A stretch of DNA of 64,000 nt. Source: Podospora anserina. Lineage: Eukaryota. The translations under genes were made by a program, and so were the position numbers. Position 1 is the stretch's first letter; each line of letters opens with the position of its first letter. The notes beneath the pieces were generated by a model that saw nothing but the letters and a program-made list of their open reading frames with translations, searched no databases and had not been told where the DNA came from. Shown piece by piece: positions 1 through 12,064 of this stretch. Where the stretch lies: positions 3,348,001 through 3,412,000 of the forward strand of contig CM030335.1 of assembly GCA_017654855.1 (NCBI GenBank), in the 5' to 3' direction.

Positions 1-949
1 TACGGTATTAAGACTCCGAAATATAATTCGTAATATTTTCTCGAGCTATATTTTCTTTTATTTTCGTAGGCGCCGAACTTTCTCGTTCGTAACTTCGGCC
101 TTAACCTTAATTTATTCTCGAATATAACGGGTATTTTTAGCGGTAGCCTTAGCTTACGTTTCCGCTAACTCGAACTCCGCCTCTATAGCGTTGTATTAAA
201 AAATAATGTAGGATAACTAGCGAGGAGTAATCCCAAGGACGTCGTAGCGCGAGAGACCGCGACGAACGTACTTTAAATAACGAAAGGATTCGGTGGGCGA
301 TACGATGCAAAAGAGGTTACGGGTAACGTATGCGGAATAAGGAGTTAGTATTATAAAGGAGCGACGTAGGATTTTCGTTATAAGATCGAGACGGGTTAAC
401 GTCGGTAAGCGTTTAGATTTATTTACGCGATTAGATATTATAGTAGTAGAGAAAGATAAAGAAGAGGACTTATAAGTAAATAAAGTTAGTTATTAGTAAA
501 AGGTTTTAAATAGAGTCGCCGAGACGTCGACCTGGGAGGGGAGGTATTGTATTACGAATATAATATGGATACCCGAAAGGAATAACTAATAGGAAAGAGG
601 AGGTACGGTAGCCAATTAGAGGAAAGGAGGGTAGACTAATAAGAGGTAGATTATCCGGGATATAAAAGAATTATAAGTGATTCCTAGAAATTATTTATAA
701 TCCTTAAGAATTAATTATAATCCGAGGAGTAATAGAATAATCTAGGTCTTGGTATTAGGTCTATATATACGGAGGAACTAGATAGCTTATAGATAGTTCC
801 GCAGTATACAATCACAGCTTGTATTTACGGTATCTTATATTTACATTGAGATATCTTGTTGTGCACTGTTTAGCTGCACCGAACCAATTGTTAGAAGAAG
901 CCTTTAACCGAGTATCCCTTTTAGAGGTTCTGTATAGGGGTTCGTCACA
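1..949 (-). mobile_element. RIP-degraded LTR retroelement fragment (LTR about 713-949 plus internal sequence running off the left edge)
   Basis: Minus strand begins TGTGACGAACCCC at 949 and aligns by eye over ~200 bp with the solo LTR at 11736. Strong TpA excess and CpA depletion. Inner LTR boundary uncertain. Confidence 0.7.
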
Positions 950-1536
950 TTAAAGTTATAAATATTATTATTTATAATATTATATTTAACTTTAATATTT
1001 TATATAAATGCAAATTACTCGTTAATAACTTTTAAATCCTTATATTTAACCCTTTAATAATTATATTTATATATAAAACGCGTCCGAAATTTTAATTAAC
1101 GTTTAACGAAATTATAAGCCTATCGTACGCTAATAGGAAGCACGTTACCTTCGCATAATAATCGATTAACTATATCTTTTATATATAAAAGCCGAGGATA
1201 AAATACACGTTAATATAACTTAATAATATATTAAATAATCGTTTTTTCTTCTAAATCGGTAAACTTATGTAAGTTAATTGATATATTGCGTCGTACAAGC
1301 CGGCTAGCGCGTCGGTTATAGAGAGTTATAATTAGTACGTTATAAAGCTTAACTGCGCGTTAAGAACTAAGATTTGGGTCGTTTTTGATAGCTTCGAGGG
1401 CTAAAATAATTCGAGATTCGGTTGGAAGTGAATTCATAGCGAATTGGTGGTAAAGTTGGTGAAAGAAGTCGGAGGGTTGCGCTGCGTTGGAAAGTGTTCG
1501 GCTCGCTTGTCTGTTCGGCTCGCTTATCACGCACGT
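950..1536 (-). mobile_element. RIP-degraded pogo/Fot1-type DNA transposon, 5' part with terminal repeat and transposase relic
   Basis: Minus strand MNSLPTESRIILALEAIKNDPNLS from ~1437 resembles a Fot1-type HTH N-terminus. Then R*AYNFVKR and IYNFN (mutated WAHNFVKR and YNFDE). End reads TA|ACGTGCGTGATAAGCGAGCCGAAC, with GTTCGGCTCGCTT repeated at 1496-1508 and 1513-1525 and TA at 1537-1538. Confidence 0.85.
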
Positions 1537-2141
1537 TATCTGTCTGACGGGAATGAAGAAGCACAGCCGAATTCGTAAGCCCGTTTGCTTCACCAAGCCG
1601 ACGAGTCGCTCACCAGTCTGCCGTTGACCAAGGGGCACAGCATGGGCCAACAAATTGCTGTAGAAACCATACGAGGGCGGGAAAGCTGGCTGGGCTGGTG
1701 AACCGATGCCATGATGTAAAGCTAACCGGGAGTCGATGGTTTCTGCAGCAAAAGCAACGTACGTCTCGGGTCAATACTTGAAAACTGCAAACACAAGGCT
1801 CCCTGGCCTGTGCCCCGCGGTCATGATTGGAGCAAGTCCCGGCAAGTCACGGTAACTCGTGCAATGGACGCGAGCAGGCCAGCCTGATGCCACCTTAGCT
1901 CCCAGGCAGCGACGCGCGATTCCCAACATAGACGCGCCATGTCTTGGTAAAGAGCCAAACCATTGTCAGCTCATCGCAGCTCGGGACAAATATCATGCCG
2001 TCTATCGATGATGTGAACGTTGAATGATGGGTATAATAGTTGACATCTTTGCCAGCCTTCATTCCATCAATTGAACTCACACACAGCATCCTTTAACAAC
2101 TCACTTAACTTCCCTGAGGGACCAGAGTCCAACCGGTCACC

Positions 2142-2597
2142 ATGTCCTCCGAAACCAGTGTCACCAACCCCCCTACCTTCTTTGTCAATCTCCCAACCAT
2201 AAATCTCGAAAAAGCAACCGCCTTCTTCGTCGCCCTCAACTTCGACCACATCAAGCTCTGGTCCGATGACAAATCTTCCGCATTCCGCCTTCCCGGTGCC
2301 AGCTCCCAAGTCTCTCTCATGATTCATATCCATGAGCGTTTCAAAACATTCAACCGGCCTGACACATCCGTTGTTGATGCTTTCAAGTCGACCGAGGCCC
2401 TCTTTTCTTTCATGGCGAAAGACAAGGCGAGTGTGGATGCGTTTATTGAGCAGGCGGTCAATGCAGGTGGCAAGGCAGATCCGTATGTGTTGAAGAACTA
2501 TGGGCAGGATATGGGCATGTACAACCGCAGCTTTGAGGACTTGGATGGGCATATCTGGGAGGTTTGCTCTATGGTTGGGCTTTGTCCTGGAGCTTGA
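2142..2597 (+). CDS. VOC/glyoxalase-bleomycin resistance family protein
   Basis: Intronless 151-aa ORF with FFVNLP..LEKATAFF and MYNRSFEDLDGHIWEV motifs. Confidence 0.85.
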   Translation: MSSETSVTNPPTFFVNLPTINLEKATAFFVALNFDHIKLWSDDKSSAFRLPGASSQVSLMIHIHERFKTFNRPDTSVVDAFKSTEALFSFMAKDKASVDAFIEQAVNAGGKADPYVLKNYGQDMGMYNRSFEDLDGHIWEVCSMVGLCPGA

Positions 2598-2991
2598 TCT
2601 TGAAATGATGTTTCCTTGAGACCGGTTCAGCGTAGCCATGTCGAACAAATGTTATGGAAGATGACACCTTGTACGATGAAGGCTGAATGATGTCACCCGA
2701 CGTGTGAAGTGTGACCCAAGTGACATGAGTATCGGTTTATGTATGGGTTTCACTGACAGGTGAAGGGGACTTCATGATGCCGTCATCAGTAGTTGCTTAA
2801 GATGGACTTGCATGCGCGTGCTGCTTTCTGTCTCGCTTCTCATAACCCGGCACCCATTTGATTTATACTATCTCTTATACTAACAACCGCCTTGTTTGAA
2901 GTTAGCAGTCAACATCTCCACCGTGTTATTCTCACGGCCGAGAACCCCATTGAATCGCTTACGCATTGCAATCACAGCAATCGCAGAATGG

Positions 2992-4533
2992 ATGCCAACC
3001 CGCTCCATCATAGCGCCCTTGACAACAGTTACTACACCACCGCCAGAATGCTCATCATGTGTAATTGGGTCCTCGACGAACCGAAATGGGTGTTATATGT
3101 ACATTTCAACCGGCTGCATGGATCGGCAGTGTTTCCCGACACCCATGCCGGCATATCGCTTTTCGGCAGGCCTTTTCTATTCCCAAGGCTTGATCTGCCC
3201 AGATGGGTGGTCTACTGCATACAATGTGACCCACGATGGTCAGTATTTCGATGTCCTTCACGATTTTGCCGACCTGTTAGAAAGTGACGAGACTGGCGCA
3301 CTCTGCTGCCCGATGTAAGTTGTCTAGATAAGTCTCAGTAAATTTGGATGAGTCTAAACTGGGTGCCATACTGACTGAATTCGATAAGCGGATACGGCCT
3401 TTATCCTGGAGAATCCTTCAACAGACACGCGATAGCATGTATCCAGACAGTCACCACTGGGATGTTTACATGCGCCAGCTGTCCGTCCCAAGGTGTCATA
3501 GATGGAGCCCTTCCCTTGGTTACTGTTTCAGCAACAGAAAGTATATTGACAACAATCTTGGATGACGGCCGGCACACATAGAAACGCACCCTTATCTCTG
3601 CCTCCGTATCCCCTGTGATTCAGCTTGTGTGGAGAGACGTCGATTTTGCCGCCACCCACCACCACTAGTTCCGAGGAGACCACGTTCACGGGTATTGAAA
3701 CCGGTCAGAAATCTGAAGAATCTTTGCCCAGCATCCTTTCCACTCAGCCATTCTCTTCAGAGTCGCCATCGAAAGAGAGCTAATCCAGTGCAACTGCAAG
3801 CCATGACTTGACAAGCGATGATTTGACCTCTTCTGAATTGCCTCGATCTTATTGGACTTCGTCTGGTTGGCCTTCTTCGCTTCTTCAGACACGACTTCAC
3901 GTGAGACAACCTCTCCTGACGCACTTCTTCCGACAGAACTGCCTCTGATACAACTTCGTTTGACGCAACTTCTTCCGAGTCGTCATCATCCGAAGCTGAT
4001 TCATCCACTCTTTCAAGCACGTTGATTTTCACACAAGACACTACCCTATCGACATTTACCATGGCCACCACCACGCCTCCCGAAGCCTTACCAACCTCTT
4101 CAGAGCCACTGGTACCACAAACCCGAAGCCCATCGGCCTGACCGTCGGACCTGCAGTCGGAGGCACCTTTGTTCTCGTCGCCTTGTTAAGCTTCTGCTTC
4201 TGCTCCTACATACGACCCCGAAGACAACGCACAAGGGAGACCAGCAACGGAAATCCTCCTGGAGACAACAACTCTCCTTATGGCCAAAAGCCCGACCTTG
4301 ATACTGCGAATTCAGGTTCTCTGACAGAAGGCACCACCAAGAAGGAACTGGACGGCGATCGTTCGCCTCCCGAATTGACGGGCTTTAGCCCACCCACGGA
4401 GCTTAACAGCATTGGGTCTCCTGCCGAGATGACAAGGCAGACGAGACCAACAGAACTTCGGGTTCGCATCCCGACGGGAACGAGATACGAGTTGGAGACA
4501 TCACCGGTGTCACCTGTGGGTAGGGCGGTCTAG
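2992..4533 (+). pseudogene. Disrupted Ser/Thr-rich single-pass membrane protein
   Basis: MPTRSIIAPLTTVTTPPPEC..CCP, intron 3315-3388, in-frame TAG at 3579-3581 before IQLVWRDVD. Frameshifts in the S/T-rich stalk, then TM segment IGLTVGPAVGGTFVLVALLSFCF followed by RPRRQR. Confidence 0.65.
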
Positions 4534-6364
4534 AATGAGGAGGGGCGCGTACTAGGTATGATGGAACAATGGATAAAGCACAATGGATTTGGGGACTGGA
4601 GCCTTGATGGAGGAATGCGAGAAGAGTGAAAGGTGGATACGTATGGTGTTAGTGACTGTGGCCATGTTGCCATGGCAATTTTCAGGGACTCCCCAGATAG
4701 CCCCACTTGAGTCAGGGTTAGCTTCAGTCTGCCATTGATGTCTCCGATGCCCAAGTTTCCTGTTGTGGCCATCCTGTTATATGACATCCGTGTTTTCACC
4801 CTTGTCCCGAAAGTGCTCCATACGCTTCTCTTCAGCAAAATACCTCTCAGACCATTTGTATATCCCCTATGCCCCACCTTTACTTTCACCACGCTGCATA
4901 CTTCGTACTCTCTCTCTTCCCCAGAGATAAAATCGAATCAGGGCTGGTACGCTGTTGAGTGCCTGATACACGGGAGTTGGGATTGAGGTGTGCGTGCCAC
5001 CGGCATTGACTCGTTGCTAATGGGCTCGAGGCATAGCATTCCCTGCAGTGATGAGCTTGATCAAGTAAGGTTTGAGATGATTCGGTCTTCAGCTGAGGTA
5101 ATGCAGAATTATCTCATAGTGTCAGAACCACAGTCGAGCTCTAACTCCTGATAGGCAGCTAGGGACCATTGCCACCTGCTCGAAGCACTAGATTTATGGA
5201 GGCTATCTGGGGTTCTTCTTCCTTATATAGTTCTAACTCCTGATGTGGATCCATGGAGCAGCCTTCGAATTTTCAGTCAGCCATTGAGCCACAGGGCTAT
5301 AGCTACTGGTAACCTTATCCCTATTGCCCGAACCCTTCTCCTTAAAAACCATGGCAGCCTTTTTCTTCCCATCAGAGAGCATGGTCTTCTCTATCTTGGT
5401 GTCTATCGTCGGTCCACTGTTGCTTGTGAAACATGCCGAAAATCCTGACCATACTCCAATGCCAGCAAGGTCATTACTTTGACTCGAGGGATTCATCTTG
5501 TAACCCCAGATTGCGGTTAGCCTAGCGTATAAATTGCATCAAACCAAAACAAGTAAAAACAGCGAGGCCTTACTTTTACCAAGTAGCGATTCTGAGTAAT
5601 CCTGTGGGATTGGGCGTCGTTTGCAGTTGGAAAGGTTTCAAGATGATAGGGGAGGTATGTGGTTAAGACGTTGTTTAACCAATTGTTCATATGGCATGAA
5701 GGCAGTGTTGCTCGATCCTGGAGAAGGGCTGGTCCCTTTATACACAGTTCAACTAAGCCCAGGTACCTACCTAGCCATGGCATGCTCCTGAGCTCGGTGA
5801 GATGTTGGGATCATGCAACACCTCACACAAGGCCCAGTGTTAATACGCAGTCTTTGTCGCCAGGGGATGCACCCAGAAGTGGCAGGCTAGGTGCACCAGC
5901 GGTGAGCGAATGCGAGGTGTTCCAGCAAAACCAGGAATGTTCCGATTGGTGGGGGCCTTGAATTACCTAGCCTCATCGAGCCTGGGGACCCGAGTCCGAG
6001 GGGTCCAATCCCGTAACTCGGAATGGGAACTGTCTGATTCAATTGGGAGAAAGTAAACACGATGATGAATACTCGAGTCCGAGGTGGTGGCCTGTATGAG
6101 TGCTGTGCTTGCTTCGCTATTTGCAGCCACAATGCAAAGTCTGATCTCCGGCATACTGACTCAGCGTTTAAGGAGGGTGATGAAGCGGATCAGGGGGTCG
6201 GGTAGCAAAGCAACATTCCGCATACAGGTCAGACAATGGAAAGACTTCAGATAAGAGTCTGCTTGGCGGGTGCGAGGTGGAGTTGGGGGTACGAAAAGCT
6301 TTCCATTCCCGCGCTCAGTGACATCTTCTATCATAGCTAATTCGCCAAGGGTTACAAGGTCACT

Positions 6365-7673
6365 CTAAGTCTCTGGATACCTCTTGGCGCTCACGCCCCC
6401 CCTTTTAACTTCAACAGTCGGGACGTAAGCCTTATACACCTGCAAGAAAGCCGCCACCGTCTGCAACAAACTCAGCACGGTCGTGATGAGCAACACAAGG
6501 ACCGCAACCCAAAAGGTGTACCATTGCACCCCGTTCCGACGGTCATACCACCACTTCTGGAGAGAGTTCGGCGTAGTATCATCATAGGTCTGTTTCAGGA
6601 TCACCAGCCTGTCTCTCCAGAAGTAGAACCGTTCGATCTGACGGTCGTGGGCTTGGAGGGTGCCACAAATGGAGAGGCGAGGGTCGATTCCAGTTGGGTG
6701 TTGTCCTGACTGCTCGTGGGGCAAGGCGAAGCTTCCGCAGCCACGACGAGTTCCGGCTGAACCGGCCCCTCCGCGTGGTTAACATAAACTCGGACTGTGG
6801 GAAAGGAGCGCAATGGTGGACAGTTTTTCATGAACGAGGTCTGCCGGGTATAGAGGTGACGAGAATGGCCTGTATGTGAGTGTAAGCTACAGTTCATGTT
6901 TCAGAAGCAGAATAACGCTGCAATCTTGTAGTGAAGGGGGCGAGAAGCAATGTACCAGAACCCATGCTCAAGGTTGCCATGGGTGCTGCGTTTGTCGTAT
7001 CCAGCCCACATGCTCTGCTATCTACCTACGGAGGGGGTGAAGAAGACTGGAAGGCATACTGTAGGTGGCACTCTAGGAACGAGGCATGATGAAATATAAA
7101 CAGCGTTGAATCATCATCAGTCAACAGCAGATGGTCAGCAAGGTTGTCAGTAAAGCAGATATTGATCCCTCCGATCTTGTTGATGCTCCAAGCATTGAAA
7201 ATCTTCGGCAGTCTGATTCGTTCGTAACTGAGTTTGGGTGACTCCTTGAAGAAGTTACTCACAAAGTCCCTGATTGTTCCCTGCTCCCATCGGAGAAATC
7301 TGCGGGCCATGAGTTGATTCTTCGGAACGCCGATCTTCATCATAGTGAGGAGACGGGCCGCCAGGTCAATGTACCTTTCACATTCTTCGTCAGATGCACT
7401 CGATATTGTGGACTTCAGCAGAGTCTTCAATTGCTCTCGGGTCTTGCCGTCGTGCAGATGCTGAACAAGTCGAAATGTGTTCTCGAGATCACGTATCCCT
7501 CTGTTGGTTGTGAGACTGTGTCCCGAGAAGAAGCGCCATTGATACTGATAGTATTGTCCGTACACTTCGTGGCACAGCACAGCCGAGCGATCTCCATTGA
7601 AAAGTCTGGGTGTCCTCGATGGCACGAAAACGCCGTCCATATGGCGCAGATAATACTTCTCAAGGGACGCCAT
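6365..7673 (-). pseudogene. Uncharacterised fungal protein with C-terminal TM helix (IFHHASFL / DRRN..QWYTFW type), two frameshifts
   Basis: Exon 1 7673-7060 (FTDNLADHLLL..IFHHASFL), intron ~6870-7059. Exon 2 LYPADLVHEKLSTIALL, shift near 6800, FPQSEF..WLRKL, shift near 6720, IDPRL..FWRDRLVILKQ..WYTFWVAVLVLLITTVLSLLQ. Confidence 0.75.
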
Positions 7674-8072
7674 TTCTCCTGAAGTTGTAAGATGTAAACT
7701 GGGGAAAAGCTGTTAGAGTTCTATTCAGGGCAAAGTATGTTTGTAGTCTCGGCTAAGACGAGGTGTTGTTCCTTTCGAATTCGGTGTGGTCAATAATCTC
7801 CTTGAAGCACATGCAGGTTAGTCGGCATGCTCCCCAGCCAATTAGACACCTCACCTTATGCATTTGCACGTCCCGAAACGAAGCCCCCAGCCACTCTGCA
7901 AATTATAGGCTGGCTTTTGGGTAGCATATGTGCGACAGCCAAAAGTGAAATCCATTCCAGCGCAGCCTGAAGTTCACGATGTACGTCACGGTGCTCTTTT
8001 ATGTCCCCGCTCATTCTTGCCCGCGCGTCAGTCCTACAGCATGATCAGCTCCAATTGAACGTCCTCGAAACC

Positions 8073-10129
8073 ATGTCTTTCCTGAGTCCTAGACGGCTCA
8101 AGCGCAAAAAGTGGGAAAGTCCTGAGCTGTCATGTGGGGAGATCATTGACACGCCCCGGGTTGGCTTGCTCAAGAAGGCATGGGGGTCAAGCGGCCTAGC
8201 CCAGGAACGATTCGACGTCCATATCCTTCCTGACATCGAAGATGTTTTGAGGAATATCGACCCTGGCCATGCCGACATATTCGTACGGCTCTACATGACA
8301 TGATAGGTACACGACAAGAGACCGCGAAGCCTATCATTATGGTCTGTTGCACAAATGCCGCGACACGGTCTCTCGTTGAGGACTCTATTCGCAGCAGTTC
8401 TGTGCCTGAAAAATATCCCCAGTTTGGAATTGGTGCCAGCGCACTGCCTTTAGAGCAACATGTACCAGCCCATACTCTCGCAGGAGGATCATCAGGCGTT
8501 GAAACTCAACCCGACCAAGAAGCGGAGGGAGCTTCGGGCCTTGAAAGAACCACCTTTGCGGTAGGAAAGCAGAATATCCCCGCGACGAACCCACCAAAAA
8601 GTACACGGCTGATTGGAAGACGGATTCACATTAAATACGGGGCCTCCGACCCTCTACCGTTCCGTTGCGCCACTGGTGGTGCAATTATCAGAATTGATGA
8701 TCCCCACTACCAAATCACCGTTAGTCACATTCAAGAAACTCAAGAGGATAACCTCCACATTACATCTGCTCAGGAGCCTCTCCCTCCAGGTCTCGAGGAT
8801 TGTAGTTTCGACGGCATGAGCGACGGTGACGACAATGACGAAGATCCCATGGAATCAGAAACAGAATTGGATCCAGCTCTTACCCGCGCAAGCGTTACAC
8901 CTGTGGTCGAGTCACAGCCCTGGGAGGAATCCCCGAGTATCAATAGCGTCGGTTCCACAGTGGGAACTCCCACGGAGAGGCCGGCCCGAAGTTGGCCACG
9001 ACAAACGGCGAAAACGGTTTGGCAATTGGATTCTATACCAAGAAAGAATATATTGCCTTCTGATCTCGTACATCTAGACCGGCGTCTCGATTGTGCGTTG
9101 ATTGCCCTCGACAACAACGAGATCATGCACTCTTTGGCAAACACCATATCATACCCCCAACATACCGGGATACGCAAAGCCATGGTCCACAATGTGGCTG
9201 AAGTGGGAAAGCGCATGAATAAAGTCATGGCCATCACAGCTCGAGATGGAATTGGCGGTACGTTGGCGACAGGAGCGCTGTATCAATGGGACTGTGCAAT
9301 CAAGAAGGCGCAAAAGCTCTACCCGATCAATCTCGACACTCCAGCCGAAGGTGGCGATAGCGGCTCGGCTGTGATTGACACAGTATCAGGCAGCTTGTAT
9401 GGCCACATCGTCAGAGGTTGCCCGGGATCTAGGGTCGCCTACATCATTGCGGCAACAGAGGTTTTCGACCATCTTCGCCAGGAGCACGGTGCTGACATAC
9501 ATCTTTGTGGCTCCCCCTCGACCAAGTTATCGGCCGATCTAACCCAGTTAGCCGTGGAGAGCCGGCGACTCGAGCTGGAAAGATGGCAGCACTACGCAAA
9601 ATTGGCCCAGACCATTGATGTCAAACCCAGCTCTTCCAGCACGGCCTCTGATGATCTGTGGAGTCCACAATTTATGGCGGAAAACGCAGAAGATGAAAAT
9701 TCATTGAAGAAATGGCCCGAAACCTCCTCAACCACCATGTCTGGTTATATAAAAGGTCACTTGAGCCCATTGCTAGAAAGTAACGATGGTGATTCTCTTC
9801 ACGCTTGGTCGGCGGATAGAGCAACAACGTTATCCTCGGCCGGATCTCGCTCTACAGCAACCACATGGTCTGCAGCGTCGAGCAGTACGAGAGCTACAGC
9901 TGTACAAATGGAGCTCATCGCTGAAGATCGCGACATTGAGATGTCAGGACTCTTTCTTGATAATCCCAACGAGGGCAACAAAAAGACGCCACTACTCCTC
10001 CCCAAAACTTCGACAACGAAGGGAGACGAAAGAGATGAAAGCAAAGGTCCTCTGGAGGTCATGCGCAATGAAGCAACGCAAAATCTGGCTGGCCAAAAAG
10101 CGGCCAGTGATGACCAGGGTGGGTCGTAA
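8073..10129 (+). pseudogene. Trypsin/chymotrypsin-like serine protease domain protein, frameshifted by a 5-bp duplication
   Basis: Triad-like motifs ATGGAII..QITVSH, LDCALI, GGDSGSAVID..LYGHIVRG. ORFs 8001-8303 and 8300-10129 join as VRLYMIG..AKPIIMVCC if the duplicated ACATG (8293-8302) is removed. Confidence 0.7.
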
Positions 10130-10502
10130 CATGAGCTCCTGTTTCAAAACAAGCTCTGCCCAGGTCTGGACCAAAACGCATCTCGGGAGGATTTGGAAAG
10201 CTGTGGGATGAGAACTAGGCTAAATTGGTACGGTTTGAGTAACATGATTAGGGTGATGAGCTGTGGTGCACGGGGACGGGGCCTCGCCCTACCTAAGGGA
10301 ACTCATCTTGTCATTCACTCTGATGACTGTGAAATACATATATAAACCTAGCGAGTGACCCAAACCACCAAGACAGGCCCCCGGTCAACGTGCCTCCCTA
10401 CTTACCATTTGTCCTCCCACCTTTGGCCCCAGGCGAATCATCGCCTAAAGCCTGTCCCACTCCAGCGATCGGTTTCTAGCATGATGTAGCCGAAACTCCC
10501 AG

Positions 10503-11412
10503 TCAATGTGTCTGACGAGGTTCCCTTCTCGGGTTCAGAATACACCACCGGCCATGCTCCCTACAAGTCCCACAAGGGGGCCCCTCGCCATCACATACAC
10601 GCATCCTCCTATTCCAACGCACCGCCAAAGTCAGCACAACTCAGTCCATCCAGCCTCTAGGACGGGAATACTCACGCGCAAGATGGGCAAGTCCACTTTA
10701 CCTTGCTTCGTCCCCAGAGAACCATCCACTCACCGCCCCCGTTAACCCCGTCCAATACCCCGTCAACCCCTACGTCAAATTTCCTTGCACTGGTGCAGCA
10801 TCAACATCCAGTTGGCAGGGACTCCTAGTCGTCGGAACACACTCCCTATCATATTCCCTACAGCGCCCACAAGGCGGTCCCTCAAGATCACATTTAATCA
10901 TGCTCTTACTGTAAACCAGCACCAAAGTCAGAACCACATCTCCTGTCCAGAACACTTACTACACCACGGGGATGTACTCACCGACAAGCCACACAACGCC
11001 GCTTCCGCATCACTGATATAGGCTGCACCATCTCCTCCTCTGTCCCGCCCCGCCCAAGTTCCTGAGAAACCTCAGACATAGCCATATTGTCATATAAAGA
11101 ATCAGGCACCCCCCCAAGGCCAGAAGAGTGTTCAACAGTATAAATAGCATCATCCAAAGACTGCTCAAGCTTCTCGACGGCCATCAAAACATCATCTGCA
11201 GGTTCGACGGAATCCCTGATACAAGACTCAGAGATATCAAGCACCGGCGGATCCTCCGTGATATTCGCATGGGTTTCACTGCCAGGACTGTAAAGTGGTA
11301 GCGTGCAAGAAGAAGCAACTGACGCCTGGGAATGGTTCCTCTGGCTTCGGCTTAAGTACGGTTGGGGATAACCTTCCCATGTTCCACCGTCGGTAACAGG
11401 TGCTTGCCACAT
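10503..11412 (-). pseudogene. Protein with two C-terminal Zn2Cys6 clusters, frameshift in the linker
   Basis: CVACRKSMIKCDLEGPPCGRCREYDREC after splicing intron 10909-10981. CPSCARMRVCDGEGPPCGTCREHGRWC after intron 10609-10675. Frame change near 10778. Confidence 0.7.
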
Positions 11413-11735
11413 CTCAACTCTTGTCCAGGATTCAAGAAAGACAAGATCTAGTGTGATGAAATGCTAGAAATGAGTATCGACCATCTTGAGAGGAAGAATG
11501 TGCGGGGTTCGCCGACGTTGGTGGTTGGATGTTGCCTAATGGGTTGGTTGACACTCAAAGTGCTTGGTTGTGATGGTCCGAGCTTCTCCTGATCCTTCGG
11601 GGACTGTACTGTCTATTATATATAAACGGCACAAAGCTAAAGCTTTTTTTTAACGAGGATTTAATCCAATATTCAATACTATTGATGTTATAAAAAAATA
11701 ATGCACTTTTATATTTATTATAAATAACATATTCT

Positions 11736-12064
11736 TGTGACGAACCCCGATCAAGAACCTCTGAAAGGGATACTCAGTTGAAGGTGCTTCTAGACAATTG
11801 GTTCGGCGCAGCTAAACTGTGCACAACAATAGCTTATCTCAATCACAATAGTCTGATACCAACGAATGTGACTTGTATTGCATACTGCGCAACTGTCTAC
11901 AAGCTATCTAGTTCCTCTGTATATATAGACCCGTGGATCACTTTTCCTTCCTGTGGCTCCCTACGCTCATCGTGAGCTCATCGCTCCACTTCCAATTGGT
12001 CAGTAACGATTGGCCAGAGGCATCCCGCGCCCCGTGCGTTAGCTCTTCATCCAGGATTGTGACA
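11736..12064 (+). mobile_element. Solo LTR (329 bp)
   Basis: TGTGACG...TGTGACA termini, internal TATATATAG, similar to the reverse complement of ~750-949, AT-rich flanks. Flanks ATTCT/ATTAA are not a clean TSD. Confidence 0.75.

Noticed and set aside
4700-5496. Possible relic gene on the minus strand starting MNPSSQSNDLAG
   Set aside because: Many stops and no recognisable motif.
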